From an uncultured Gammaproteobacteria bacterium (GTDB lineage: Bacteria > Patescibacteriota > Microgenomatia > UBA12405 > CAZGPK01), in assembly GCA_964527115.1 (NCBI GenBank), contig CAZGPK010000002.1, positions 20,765-84,764 on the forward strand: a DNA stretch of 64,000 nt, given 5' to 3'. Within the stretch, counting starts at the first letter, position 1. Every line of letters starts with the position of its first letter. The position numbers were made by a program, and so were the translations under genes. Shown here piece after piece: positions 39,133 to 49,044 of this stretch. The notes below the pieces were generated by a model. It worked only from the letters and a program-made list of their open reading frames with translations, was not told the DNA's origin and ran no database searches.

Positions 39133-40096
39133 GTTTTTTTAAGAGTCTAAATTTACGGCTTTGTTGTTTAAGGAGAGTGTCAAGAGTAGTTTTTTGACCA
39201 GTGAGAAGAGTGACAGTCCCCTCTTTTTTTAAGATCCGGTAGAAACTGCTGAGTATTTGAGCATAGAAAGTAGCAATATTTAAGTGTTTTGCCTGGTATT
39301 GGCCCCAGGGAGGGTCGGTAATAATTTTGTCAATGGAATCGTCTTCAAAAGTTTTAAGAAGAGTGGCATCCCAGCGACCTTCGGTAATGCGGGCTTTGGC
39401 TTTTCTTGCTCTTTGGCGGGTAAGATTAACCATTTTGGGGTCAATGTCGCCGGCGAGGATTTTTTTAACAGGGAAGTTTTTAGCCAGTTCAACCGGAATA
39501 ACGCCGTAACCACAGAAAGGGTCAAGAATAATATCGGAGGTTTGAGGATTGCTCATAAAACAAAGGAGGTAAGCCAGTTCTGCTTTAAGTTCTCCGGCCT
39601 GTTTTTGAGTGGGGCGTTGCCTTATCTTTGGCCCAAAGAAAATATAGCCTTCTTCGCGGCGAGCTAGAAACCAAAATTCCAAGTTGGCCTTGCTTTGAGT
39701 GTAGATGAGGCGAGGATGGGTCTCAAGTTTGTTTTTTAGAGGGTTAATGATTTCCGGACCAATAGAGAGAAAACGGTTTTGTTGGGAGAAAATTAAGCGA
39801 AAGCGGGTTTTTTTGGCAAAGTGGGTTTGGTTTAGGTATTTTTCTAGATTAGGGCTTTGGGCCAGGGTTTCAGAGGCCTTGACCTTGCTTGGTTCTTTTA
39901 GAGAGTCGATTAAGAGGAAGTTGCTGTTAAAAAAGCGTAAATTAGCGGCTTGAGTGGGACTCAAAGGGCCTTCCCAAACCAAAAGACCATCAAAGAGCAT
40001 ATTTATTTTTACTTTGGGAACGTGGGCCTTGAGGGCGTCTTTGACGATTTGGCTGGTGCCGGAAATGAAGGTGGAAAAGTAGGATAAATTATTCAT
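39077..40096 (-). CDS. THUMP-domain SAM-dependent RNA (m2G/m6A-type) methyltransferase
   Basis: DPFCGYGVIPVE (SAM motif I), ITDPPWG (motif IV), N-terminal THUMP-like region. Confidence 0.65.
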   Translation of the reverse strand: MNNLSYFSTFISGTSQIVKDALKAHVPKVKINMLFDGLLVWEGPLSPTQAANLRFFNSNFLLIDSLKEPSKVKASETLAQSPNLEKYLNQTHFAKKTRFRLIFSQQNRFLSIGPEIINPLKNKLETHPRLIYTQSKANLEFWFLARREEGYIFFGPKIRQRPTQKQAGELKAELAYLLCFMSNPQTSDIILDPFCGYGVIPVELAKNFPVKKILAGDIDPKMVNLTRQRARKAKARITEGRWDATLLKTFEDDSIDKIITDPPWGQYQAKHLNIATFYAQILSSFYRILKKEGTVTLLTGQKTTLDTLLKQQSRKFRLLKKHDILVSGQKAAIFLFQKK

Positions 40097-41327
40097 ATCT
40101 TAAGGCTTCAATTGGAGAAAGGCGGGAGGCGCGACGGGCGGGAGCGGCGCCAAAGACGATGCCGACTAAGGCGGCAACAGAAAAGGAGAGAATAACGGAA
40201 TCAAGGTTGATTTTGGCCGGGAAAACTTGCTTGATAGCTAGAGTTCCCAAAGCTCCCAGACCAATGCCAATGGCTCCTCCCAAAAGAGAAAGGATAGTTG
40301 ATTCAAGTAAAAACTGAGTGAGAATAAGATTGGGAGTGGCGCCCAAGGCTTTTCTGAGACCAATTTCTCGGGTACGTTCAGTGACGGTAACGAGCATTAT
40401 ATTCATAATACCAATACCGCCGACTACTAGGGAAATGGCGGCGATACCAGAAAGGCCAATGGTGAGGATTCCCAGAATGGAATTGATGCTTTCCAGGAGT
40501 TGGCTTTGGTCAAAAACAGAAAAGGAGTCTTTTTCAAAATCTTTAAGAAGAATTTTTTCGGCCTCTTTTTTGATGGGGTCAACCTGGTCAGAGTTGGGTG
40601 CTTTGATGGTGATGGTGCTAATGTCGCGGCTTCCAGCTAGGTCATAACCATGTTCTAAAGGAAGATAGATTTGTTCGTCGGTGTTGGGGCCAAAACCACC
40701 TCCAGCGCCTTTTGAGTCGGCAATACCAACGACGGTAAAACGTTTAGAGTTTATTTTTACTTTTTTGCCGAGGGGATTTAGGGTACCAAAAAGGTCTTCG
40801 GCAGTTTTTGAACCCAAAACAACCACTGCCTCATTTTTGGCTTCTTCCTGAGAAGTAAAAAAACGTCCTTGAGTTTGGGGATCGGAGGGATTTAAGTTTC
40901 TAATGTCTGCAAGGGTGGAAGTAGAACCAAGGGCGGAGACTTTGACTGTTTTTGTGCCAAAAGAGATATTGGTGTTGGCAAAAATGATGGGAGCAACAAG
41001 GTCGACTCCATTTATTTTTCTTAAGTCTTTTAGATGTTTGTTTTTAAAGACGGCGTTGTTGGCAGCATAGAAATTTCTTTCGTCTTGTTGTAGGCCTCCA
41101 GATTCATCAAAGACTTGGCCAGCCATAATAATAATAACGTTTGAGCCCAGACTTTCAAATTGGTCGGTAATATAGGCTTGCAGGCCGTGGCCGATGCTCA
41201 TAAGGAGAATGACGGAAGTGACACCGATGATGATGCCAAGGGAGGTGAGAACTCCCCGGCTTTTATTTCGTAAAATGGAGCGCAAGGCAGTGCGGGTTAA
41301 AGTTTTAATTCCGGTTATTTTTGGCAT
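40089..41327 (-). CDS. ABC transporter permease, FtsX/MacB family
   Basis: N-terminal TM, large extracytoplasmic domain, three C-terminal TM helices. Confidence 0.85.
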   Translation of the reverse strand: MPKITGIKTLTRTALRSILRNKSRGVLTSLGIIIGVTSVILLMSIGHGLQAYITDQFESLGSNVIIIMAGQVFDESGGLQQDERNFYAANNAVFKNKHLKDLRKINGVDLVAPIIFANTNISFGTKTVKVSALGSTSTLADIRNLNPSDPQTQGRFFTSQEEAKNEAVVVLGSKTAEDLFGTLNPLGKKVKINSKRFTVVGIADSKGAGGGFGPNTDEQIYLPLEHGYDLAGSRDISTITIKAPNSDQVDPIKKEAEKILLKDFEKDSFSVFDQSQLLESINSILGILTIGLSGIAAISLVVGGIGIMNIMLVTVTERTREIGLRKALGATPNLILTQFLLESTILSLLGGAIGIGLGALGTLAIKQVFPAKINLDSVILSFSVAALVGIVFGAAPARRASRLSPIEALRYE

Positions 41328-41328
41328 T

Positions 41329-42018
41329 TTAGTTGTTTATTTGGCCATCGATCATAGTAATGACGCGGTTGGCGCGGCGGGCTAACTCTTGGTCATGAGT
41401 AACCATAACAATGGTTTTGCCTTCCCGATTTATTTCCTTGATAAGTTTAACTATTTCAACCCCTGAGCGGCTGTCTAAGTTACCAGTTGGTTCGTCAGCT
41501 AAGATAATTTCGGGATCATTGACTAGGGCGCGGGCGATAGCGACACGCTGTTGTTGGCCTCCGGAGAGCTGGTTGGGGTGGTGATCCAGGCGGTCACCCA
41601 GAGCAACTTTTTCCAGAATAGCGGTGGCTCGTTTTTCCCTTTCTTTTTGGCTTAAACCAGCATAAAGCATGGGAAGTTCGACATTTTCTCTGGCACTGGT
41701 TTTGGGGAGGAGGTTGAATTGTTGGAAGATGAAACCAATGCTGTGATTTCTGGCGCGGGAGAGAGCTTTTTCATCTAAGCTTTGGGTTTCCCGACCTTTT
41801 AAAAATACCTGGCCGGAGCTTGGTTGATCCAAAAGGCCAATAATGTGCATTAGAGTTGATTTGCCGGAGCCGGAGGGGCCGACGATGGAAACAAAGTCGC
41901 CTTTTTTAATTTGGAGGGAGATGTTTTTTAAGGCATTGACCTGAGTTTCGCCCATTTGGTAGCTTTTATAGGTATTGACTAGCTCAAGAATCGGTTCTGT
42001 CCCGTTTTTTTTACTCAT
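41329..42018 (-). CDS. ABC transporter ATP-binding protein (MacB/LolD-like)
   Basis: [35 protein letters not shown]. Confidence 0.9.
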   Translation of the reverse strand: MSKKNGTEPILELVNTYKSYQMGETQVNALKNISLQIKKGDFVSIVGPSGSGKSTLMHIIGLLDQPSSGQVFLKGRETQSLDEKALSRARNHSIGFIFQQFNLLPKTSARENVELPMLYAGLSQKEREKRATAILEKVALGDRLDHHPNQLSGGQQQRVAIARALVNDPEIILADEPTGNLDSRSGVEIVKLIKEINREGKTIVMVTHDQELARRANRVITMIDGQINN

Positions 42019-43063
42019 AATAGACCAAGGTTTGTTCTGCGTTAAGGCCGGAGACTATTTCTACATACTCATCGGTTTCGAGGCCAATTTCTACTTCTTG
42101 TTCTAGATTTTTAGGAGAGCTTTTCAGGATGACAAAAGTGCGCCCCTCTTTTTCGTTTAGGGCTTCAAGGGGAATGTAAAGGGTGTTGGAAGATTGTCGG
42201 GAGATAATTTGGGCATCGCCAGACATGCCTAGACGGTATTTAAGGTTGGAGTTGTCAATAGGAAGGCTAAATTTTAAGCGGTAGGAAATGGTATTAGAGC
42301 TGGTTAGGGGAACAAAGCTTTGAAAGATAAGCTTGGAGTCAATAGTTTCTTCTGGGTAGGCGTCAAGAGTGATTTGGGCGCTGGCGCTGGCAGGAATTTC
42401 CTGAAGTTCGTCTTCATCGGCGCTGGCTTCAAAATAGATAGTGCCGGGATTGATAACAGTGAATTCGGCTGTGGCGGGGGTAATGTTGACCCCAGCAAAG
42501 GGTTGGTCAACTTTGGTGACAATACCGGCGATGGGGCTGCTGAGGACGGCCAAACGATGGCTTAGATCGGCTAGTTCCACATCAATGACTGAGTTTTCCA
42601 GATCCCATTGGGCTTTGTCCAGAATTCGCCTTATCTCGTAGTCAATGACCAGGCCTTCTCTGACTAATTTATGGTCATCTTGGTCCTGTTCAAAGTCGGC
42701 TCGTTCTTTGGAGTAGTCATTTAGTTCTTTTTTTAGAGTTTTTTCTAGGGCACGGCGATCGAGGGTGGCTAGTGCTTGGCCGCGGCGGACCCAATCCCCT
42801 TCTTTAACGGCAACCCAAGTTAAGAGGCCCGAGGTTTGGAAGCGCAAAGTAAGGTTTTCTTCAGCCTGGAGGTGGCCAGAGAGCTCCAGGGTTTGGGTGA
42901 GGTCGCCTTGTTTTACGGTAACGGTTTTTTCGGTTTTTCCTTTGGGGATAGTCGTACTTTTGGCTTTAGCTTGGCGAAAGACGAGAAGGAGGGTAAGACC
43001 AGCAAGGCCGACGATAAGCCAGATTTTGTTTTTGCTAAGCCAGTTTTTTTTGGTTTCGGACAT
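42011..43063 (-). CDS. HlyD/MacA-family periplasmic adaptor (membrane fusion protein)
   Basis: N-terminal TM, coiled-coil, beta-barrel; co-transcribed with the ABC pair. Confidence 0.75.
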   Translation of the reverse strand: MSETKKNWLSKNKIWLIVGLAGLTLLLVFRQAKAKSTTIPKGKTEKTVTVKQGDLTQTLELSGHLQAEENLTLRFQTSGLLTWVAVKEGDWVRRGQALATLDRRALEKTLKKELNDYSKERADFEQDQDDHKLVREGLVIDYEIRRILDKAQWDLENSVIDVELADLSHRLAVLSSPIAGIVTKVDQPFAGVNITPATAEFTVINPGTIYFEASADEDELQEIPASASAQITLDAYPEETIDSKLIFQSFVPLTSSNTISYRLKFSLPIDNSNLKYRLGMSGDAQIISRQSSNTLYIPLEALNEKEGRTFVILKSSPKNLEQEVEIGLETDEYVEIVSGLNAEQTLVYYE

Positions 43064-43345
43064 CGGCTAATTGTACCAGTTTTCTTATCTTTTTGAAGCT
43101 GGAGTTTTTCTTTTTTTAATCTGGCTAATTGCCACATAAAAAGACGAGCGGGTGAGCGAATACTGCGGGGAGTTTGGTCACGAACAAAAAGACGGGCTTT
43201 TTCTAAAAGATCTTGGGGAGTGTTTTTGGCCAGGCGAAGATAGAGGCTGCGATGGGGCCAGTCAGAAAGCTCCTCAGCCAATCGAAGTCCATAGGCTTGA
43301 AAGTTTTTTGTGACGTATTTTCGGCGTTTTTCTAGTCGACCTAAA

Positions 43346-44569
43346 TCAAATAGAGTGCCGATTGGTTCTGGTTTCTTGGTAGTCAAGGGAAGAAGAGTGG
43401 TTGGCCCAATAAAGAACAAGGTTTAATCCAATAATACCACCTATTAAGGTGGCGGCGAGGCTGAAATTTAATCTGACTAAAAGGAGAGCAGCCAGAAGAA
43501 TGACGAGACCGCCGGAGTGAGTGGCAATTTCCCGGTTGGTGAAGAAGATAAGAGGGTTTTTTTTGGGGAGCCAGTAGGTGCTGGAGTCAAAAGGAATCCT
43601 AGTGAAGACATTGGTGATAAGGTAGGCAATATCGGAGAGGGCCAGGAAGAGTGGGGTCAAAAGCAGAGGTTTAATGGCCCAATTGAAACTGTTGGCGGCG
43701 CTACTTAAGGAAACAAAGCGGCGGGTTTTGGGGAGGGCTTTATTTTTGATTACTTGAGCCACCAAAATAGAAAGAATAAGAGAGGTTGTTTGGATAAGGC
43801 CGATTTGCTTCATGTTTCCTAGAATAAGAAAAAGGAAAAGGGGCCAGAGCCAGGAATAAACGGCGGCCTCCATACCAAAACCGAAAAAAGCCCAAGAGAA
43901 ATGGGTAATTCCTCCTTTACGGCGTCCTACTAAGATTTTTTTGAAACCTGGCCAAGCTGGGTGTTCGTCGTACTGATCTAAAAAGATGGGTAAAATAGAG
44001 GCTACCAGAAAAATCAAGGCAACAAGGTAAAGGGAAGAAAATCCCCAAATAGAGGCGATAATTCCTCCTAAAAGTGGGCTTAGGGCGGCGGCGATTTGGG
44101 TGATGATATAGACAAAACTTACCTGACTGCCAACTTTTTGGGGTGTTGTTTGGCGGTCGAAGGCTAAATGGTAGGAGAGCCAGTGAGGAGGAAGCTTAAT
44201 TCCTGAGAGGATAGCAGTCGGCCAAAGGAGCCAGGGGAATTGGGCCGACAACATCAGAGTAAGGATGTAGGCAGTGCGCAAAAGGGCACCCAGAAGAATA
44301 CTTTTGTCGGGACCAAAATGGCTAATAAACCAGGCTGAGGGAAAACTGGCTGCCAGGTGAGAAGCTTCCCAGATAATAAAAAAGAGGATGGTTTGAGAGA
44401 GATCGTGGGTAATTTGGTAAACATAAATGGGGACGAAAAGCTCCATGATACTAAAACAGAAAGTTAAGAAGACAGTATTTAAATAAAGGCTAGAGAGACC
44501 GGAAAGATGGGGGCGGTATTGCCAGACGCCAAAGCGATGAAGGTCTTTATGAGATTCGGTTAGGGGCAT
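43346..44569 (-). CDS. MFS transporter
   Basis: 12 predicted TM helices; G-rich loop motifs. Confidence 0.7.
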   Translation of the reverse strand: MPLTESHKDLHRFGVWQYRPHLSGLSSLYLNTVFLTFCFSIMELFVPIYVYQITHDLSQTILFFIIWEASHLAASFPSAWFISHFGPDKSILLGALLRTAYILTLMLSAQFPWLLWPTAILSGIKLPPHWLSYHLAFDRQTTPQKVGSQVSFVYIITQIAAALSPLLGGIIASIWGFSSLYLVALIFLVASILPIFLDQYDEHPAWPGFKKILVGRRKGGITHFSWAFFGFGMEAAVYSWLWPLFLFLILGNMKQIGLIQTTSLILSILVAQVIKNKALPKTRRFVSLSSAANSFNWAIKPLLLTPLFLALSDIAYLITNVFTRIPFDSSTYWLPKKNPLIFFTNREIATHSGGLVILLAALLLVRLNFSLAATLIGGIIGLNLVLYWANHSSSLDYQETRTNRHSI

Positions 44570-44601
44570 TAAACCATGATAGCAAACATAGCAAAGAGGA
44601 G

Positions 44602-44675
44602 TGGACCTGGGGGGATTTGAACCCCCTACCTCTCCGATGCGACCGGAGCGCTCTAGCCAACTGAGCTACAGGCCC
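44602..44675 (-). tRNA. tRNA-Ala (anticodon CGC), G3:U70 identity pair present, A73 discriminator, CCA not encoded
   Basis: The reverse complement gives GGGCCTG-TA-GCTC-AGTTGGCTA-GAGC, anticodon stem CTCCG/CGGAG with loop GTCGCAT, and T arm GGGGG-TTCAAAT-CCCCC. Confidence 0.8.
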
Positions 44676-45193
44676 GAAAGTTTTAGCTTGGATATTATAT
44701 CAGCGCTAGTTTGGGAAATGTTTTTATTTATCCTTAGTTTTTCAAAGAAGTTAGGGGGAGTAAGAACATATTTTTCAGGAGTGATTTTGGGGTGGCGGCC
44801 GATACCCAGACGAATGCGATGAAAGCTTTGGGTGCCCAGAACCTGAATGACTGATTCTACTCCGTGGTGGCCGGCGGGGCCGCGGTCAAACTGGATTTTA
44901 GACTCCCCTACTTTAAGATCGAGGTCGTCGTGGGCAAGGTAAATGTTGGCGGGTTTAATTTTATAAAAATGAGCAGTACTCTGAAGGCTTGGTCCAGACT
45001 CATTCATAAAAGTTTCGTTTGTGGCAAGAATGAGGTTTTTGTCTTTGCTTAGGCGGGTTTTTAGCTTTTTTTGGAGAGTGAGTGGGGGGAGATTGAGCTT
45101 TTTAAGGAGGGATTCAACTAGCCAGTAACCGGCATTGTGACGGTGGGCTTGATACTTAGAGCCAAAATTTCCGAGTCCAAAGAGAAGAAACAT
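44666..45193 (-). CDS. pth: peptidyl-tRNA hydrolase
   Basis: MFLLFGLGNFG...YQAHRHNAGY, HDDLDL, GHHGVES. Confidence 0.85.
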   Translation of the reverse strand: MFLLFGLGNFGSKYQAHRHNAGYWLVESLLKKLNLPPLTLQKKLKTRLSKDKNLILATNETFMNESGPSLQSTAHFYKIKPANIYLAHDDLDLKVGESKIQFDRGPAGHHGVESVIQVLGTQSFHRIRLGIGRHPKITPEKYVLTPPNFFEKLRINKNISQTSADIISKLKLSGL

Positions 45194-45222
45194 GGCTTAG
45201 TTTATCAGCTTTTTTGGAGGAA

Positions 45223-45573
45223 TTATTTTTTACCAAGTTGTTTTTGGGCCCAGTCACCAAGATAAGGAAGAGAGATTTTTTCTCCTTGGTAGGTCTTAAG
45301 GATAAGGAAGATCCAAAGGATAAAGGAGGCGAGACCCCAGAGAGGACTGATAGTGAGGGCCAAAAAAACTCTTAAAAATGGAATGGAGCTTAAAATAATT
45401 GATCCAGCAATAACAAGCAGGGAGAAGACAAGAGATTGGTAGGCGTGGTAGCGAACGAAGCGATTTTCAGGCTCAAGGCTTAGAACAATGAAGGCGGTAA
45501 CGAAGCCAAAAAGATAAGAGAGGGCGGCGGCCTGATTTTCAGGGAGATTAAGAGAAGATTTTTTTTGTTTCAT
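45223..45573 (-). CDS. DUF4870-like small membrane protein
   Basis: AALSYLFGFV...RYHAYQSLVFSLLV pattern with two TM helices. Confidence 0.5.
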   Translation of the reverse strand: MKQKKSSLNLPENQAAALSYLFGFVTAFIVLSLEPENRFVRYHAYQSLVFSLLVIAGSIILSSIPFLRVFLALTISPLWGLASFILWIFLILKTYQGEKISLPYLGDWAQKQLGKK

Positions 45574-45582
45574 TTTTTTTAT

Positions 45583-45876
45583 TTAATTTTTAAGCTTTTT
45601 AAGGAGAGTGCGGGTTTTTCTAATGGCACGGGAGAGAGCTTCAAGGGGTTGGCGGCCACTTGATTTAGCAACGAAAGATTTTTTAGGAGTTTGGACTTTG
45701 ATGCGAAAGCTAAAGAGAGGTTTGGTGCGGGAAACAAATTGTTTGTGGGCGAAAACTTGAAGACGGGAGATTTTTTGGGCTGGGCGGGAGCGGCTTAGTC
45801 TGGTGATGGCTTTTTTGACTTGGGATTGGAGAAAAGGGCTTAAAGATTTAATTTCCCAAATTGCTTTGGTGACCAT
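45583..45876 (-). CDS. hpf: ribosome hibernation promoting factor / RaiA (YfiA) family, short form
   Basis: 97 aa; aligns to E. coli YfiA in the N-terminal beta-alpha core and in ...EALSRAIRKTRTLLKKLK (compare [21 protein letters not shown]). Confidence 0.55.
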   Translation of the reverse strand: MVTKAIWEIKSLSPFLQSQVKKAITRLSRSRPAQKISRLQVFAHKQFVSRTKPLFSFRIKVQTPKKSFVAKSSGRQPLEALSRAIRKTRTLLKKLKN

Positions 45877-45924
45877 TGCTACTTTAAATTATACAGAAAG
45901 GAAAGGAAGCAGGCTACGTTTAAA

Positions 45925-47880
45925 TTAGGAGGAAAGAAGGGCGAGGAGTTTTTTTTCATTAATGATGGGGATTTTTAAGGTTTTGGCTTTTTGGGATTTG
46001 GAGGAGAGGGAGTGGGGGTTGTTGGAGACTAGGTAGGACAGGCTTTTGCTGACTGAGGAGTGGGTTTCTCCTCCCTTTTTTTCAATAAGGTCTTCCAGCT
46101 CCCGTCGAGGACGGGACATGCTACCAGTTAGACAAAATGAGAGATTTTTAAGAGGGAGAGAGGCAGAGGGGGCGGGTTTTTCAATGCTAATTTCTAAGAT
46201 TAGGCTATCGATAAGGGGGCGGCGGATTTTTATTCCTTCAATAATAGTTTGAGCCAGTTGTTCTTTGAAACCCTTGATGGCAAGAAGGTCTGAGATTTTG
46301 AGGGAAGTTATTTTCTCAAGAGTGTTGAAGCCGGCGTGAACTAGCTGTCTGGTCCTTTTGTGGGAGAGGGTGGGAATGGAGATGGCGGAGAGAAATTGGG
46401 CAAGGCTGAGGCGGCGTTGTGACTGGATTTGGTTAATGATTTTTTGACCAATTGTTTTCCCTAGTCCCTCGGTGTTAATGAAGTCGGAGAGAGTGAGGCG
46501 GTAAAAGTCGGCAGGGGTTTTTAGCTTTCCTTGTTGGTAGAATTTGCGGATAGTTTTTTGGGAAATGTGGTCAATTTTTAAAGTCGTACAGAAGCGGCGT
46601 AGTTGGCCTTGGATTTGGGCGGGACAATGGCGATAGTTGGTACAGAGAAGGTAGTGCTCTTCTTTTTTGAGTTTTTTGTTGCATGAAGGACAGGTAAGGG
46701 GTGGCTTAAAGTAGCCGGAGCTGTTTTTTTTGAGAAGCTTTTCAACGTAGGGGATGACGTCGCCACGACGGGAAAGTTGAATGAGGTCGCCAGTATTTAG
46801 ATTTTTTTCTTTAATTAATTGCCAATTGGCCAGTGAGGCTTTGCGGATGATAGCTCCGGAAAGAGAAACCGGCTCAACTTTGGCAACGGGAGTGATTTTT
46901 CCCAATGGTCCCACTTGCCAAGAGATGGAAATGATAGTAGTTTCGGCCGATTCAGCGGGGAATTTATAGGCAACTTGGCCCTTTGGTCGCTGATTTAAGA
47001 TGCCCAAGGATTCCTGGAGGGTTTGATCATTTATTTTGACTACTAAGCCATCTATTTCAAAAGGAAAGCGGCGACGGGATTGGTTTAGAAATTTTTGGTA
47101 GATTTTTTCTACTTCGGAAAGGGAGGGACAAAGGAGACTGTCGACAGGATCAAGCCCCAGAGTTTTAAGATAGTCGACAGAGTCACTTTCAGTGTTTGGA
47201 ATGGGGAGGGGTTGTTGAAAAGCTAAGTCGACGGGAACTAGGCGGCAGAGGGAGGAGAAGCGAGCATCAAGGCGCTGAGAGATGCCAGCAGCGGCATTTC
47301 GGGGATTGGAGTAAAGCGAGTCTTTGGATTTTTTTTGTAAGGTGGCAAAATCTTGGTAGGAGATGACAATTTCGGCGCGGATAAGGCCGGAAAAGGGTTT
47401 TTTTAGTTTTTTTAAGAAACCCTGCATGTGGGCGGCGTTTTGGCTGATGTCGTCCCCTATTTTGCCGTCTCCACGGGTAACAGCGGCGCGAAGAAGACCG
47501 TTATGATACTCAAGGCCTAAGGAGAGGCCATCTAATTTGGGTTGGACAAGGAAGCTGGTTTGGGGAGGGAGATGGTGTTTCTGAAAATATTTTTTAAGTG
47601 AAGGCCAGTCGCTGACTTTATTTTGAGAATTCATCAAAGGGAGAGAGTGGCGACGCTTGACAAAGCCACTTTCTTTGTTGGAACTGCCAATTTTTTGGAA
47701 AAAACGATGGTAAGGCTGTTGTTTTTTAAGAAGAGCTTCCAAGCTATCGTAGGTGTGGTCATCCATAAGCGGTGTTTGCCCGCTGTAGTAGATTTTTTGG
47801 GCATTAATTAGAAGATCTCCTAATTTTTGAGGAGGGAGTTTTTGGATTTGGGGATCAGAAAGAATGATCTTTTTTTTCAT
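45925..47880 (-). CDS. ligA: NAD-dependent DNA ligase
   Basis: KLDGLSL adenylation motif, OB fold, Zn finger (CPSC...C), HhH repeats, C-terminal BRCT. Confidence 0.9.
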   Translation of the reverse strand: MKKKIILSDPQIQKLPPQKLGDLLINAQKIYYSGQTPLMDDHTYDSLEALLKKQQPYHRFFQKIGSSNKESGFVKRRHSLPLMNSQNKVSDWPSLKKYFQKHHLPPQTSFLVQPKLDGLSLGLEYHNGLLRAAVTRGDGKIGDDISQNAAHMQGFLKKLKKPFSGLIRAEIVISYQDFATLQKKSKDSLYSNPRNAAAGISQRLDARFSSLCRLVPVDLAFQQPLPIPNTESDSVDYLKTLGLDPVDSLLCPSLSEVEKIYQKFLNQSRRRFPFEIDGLVVKINDQTLQESLGILNQRPKGQVAYKFPAESAETTIISISWQVGPLGKITPVAKVEPVSLSGAIIRKASLANWQLIKEKNLNTGDLIQLSRRGDVIPYVEKLLKKNSSGYFKPPLTCPSCNKKLKKEEHYLLCTNYRHCPAQIQGQLRRFCTTLKIDHISQKTIRKFYQQGKLKTPADFYRLTLSDFINTEGLGKTIGQKIINQIQSQRRLSLAQFLSAISIPTLSHKRTRQLVHAGFNTLEKITSLKISDLLAIKGFKEQLAQTIIEGIKIRRPLIDSLILEISIEKPAPSASLPLKNLSFCLTGSMSRPRRELEDLIEKKGGETHSSVSKSLSYLVSNNPHSLSSKSQKAKTLKIPIINEKKLLALLSS

Positions 47881-47906
47881 GTCTCTTGGAAAATGGGAGA
47901 TATGGG

Positions 47907-49019
47907 TTATTCAATAAGGTGGTAGTAAGCGCCTTTAGTACTGCCGCGTTTACCAACTATTTTTGATTCGATAAGTTTTTTTAAGTCACGCCAGATGGTG
48001 TCATCGGAAACCATGGGAAGCAGCTCTTGGGCGTCCGGCATGCGGAGACCACCGAACTCTCTCATATACTCGACAAGTTTTATTTGGCGGTCGGATAGAG
48101 GAATTTGTTTGCCGCCAAGCTGGCGTTTGAGACGGTAATCGGCGGAAAGGTGGAGAACTTTTTCTTTGACCCGGTCAAGCTCGATGGCTAAGACTTCAGT
48201 AAAATATTCTATCCATCCACTCAAATCTCTTTGAATGAGGTCGGGGTTGGTTTGGTCAGTTTTTTGGATGGCACGGTAGTAGAGATCGGCATGGCGGTCA
48301 AAATATTCCTCAAGAGAAAAGAGGCGTCTGATATCGTAGCCCTCGGTGTGGAGGACAAGGGTGGAAAAGGCTCGGGCAACTCGGCCATTGCCTTCGGGAA
48401 AAGGGTGGATGGCGACAAGAACATAGTGGGCAATGGCGGCTTTAATAATGGGGTGAAATTTTTGGACTTCTTGCTGGTTTAGCCAGTTGAGGAAGTCGGT
48501 AACCATGAAAGGAACCTCAACTGAAGGGGGAGGGCGGTGGATTATTTCTCCGGTTTGACTGTTTCGTAAAGTTACTTCCTGACGGCGGTATTGGCCAACC
48601 AGGGAGGCATCAATAACTTTTTCGGTAGTTAGGCGGTGCATTTTTTTGAGGATTTCCTCGGAATAGTGGAATTGGCTGTTTTCCTGAGGAATAGCTTGGC
48701 CAGAAACGATTCCGGCATCGTGCTGGCTCCAGAGCTCTTCTAAATATTGCATGACATTTCGATAGTTGATAACTTCTTGGAGATCTCTTTGGCCGGCACT
48801 TATTTTTTGTCCTTCCATAACCTTGATTACTTCTTGGAGGCTTAAATCATTACCCTCAAGATGAGTGCCGTAATGGACGGTTCGGTTAACAGCCTCTTGC
48901 TGGAAACGGCGTTCGTAGGCAGGGACCAGGGGAGAGGAGCCAATGATGGCGCGGGCGCTTTCAGCTTGGGAAATATTTTTTAAAATTTGATTGTTTATCT
49001 GAAATTTAGCCTGATACAT
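47907..49019 (-). CDS. Fic/DOC-family protein (putative AMPylase) with C-terminal winged-helix
   Basis: Canonical Fic motif HPFPEGNGRVARAF. Confidence 0.85.
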   Translation of the reverse strand: MYQAKFQINNQILKNISQAESARAIIGSSPLVPAYERRFQQEAVNRTVHYGTHLEGNDLSLQEVIKVMEGQKISAGQRDLQEVINYRNVMQYLEELWSQHDAGIVSGQAIPQENSQFHYSEEILKKMHRLTTEKVIDASLVGQYRRQEVTLRNSQTGEIIHRPPPSVEVPFMVTDFLNWLNQQEVQKFHPIIKAAIAHYVLVAIHPFPEGNGRVARAFSTLVLHTEGYDIRRLFSLEEYFDRHADLYYRAIQKTDQTNPDLIQRDLSGWIEYFTEVLAIELDRVKEKVLHLSADYRLKRQLGGKQIPLSDRQIKLVEYMREFGGLRMPDAQELLPMVSDDTIWRDLKKLIESKIVGKRGSTKGAYYHLIE

Positions 49020-49044
49020 TGGTTTTGAAAAACCTTAAGTACTT

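Noticed and set aside
42913-43063. C-terminal 50 codons of ORF 42913..43419 overlapping the HlyD gene start
   Set aside because: Low-complexity Lys/Pro-rich read-through into the adaptor gene; if a real small gene exists it is confined to about 43064..43345.
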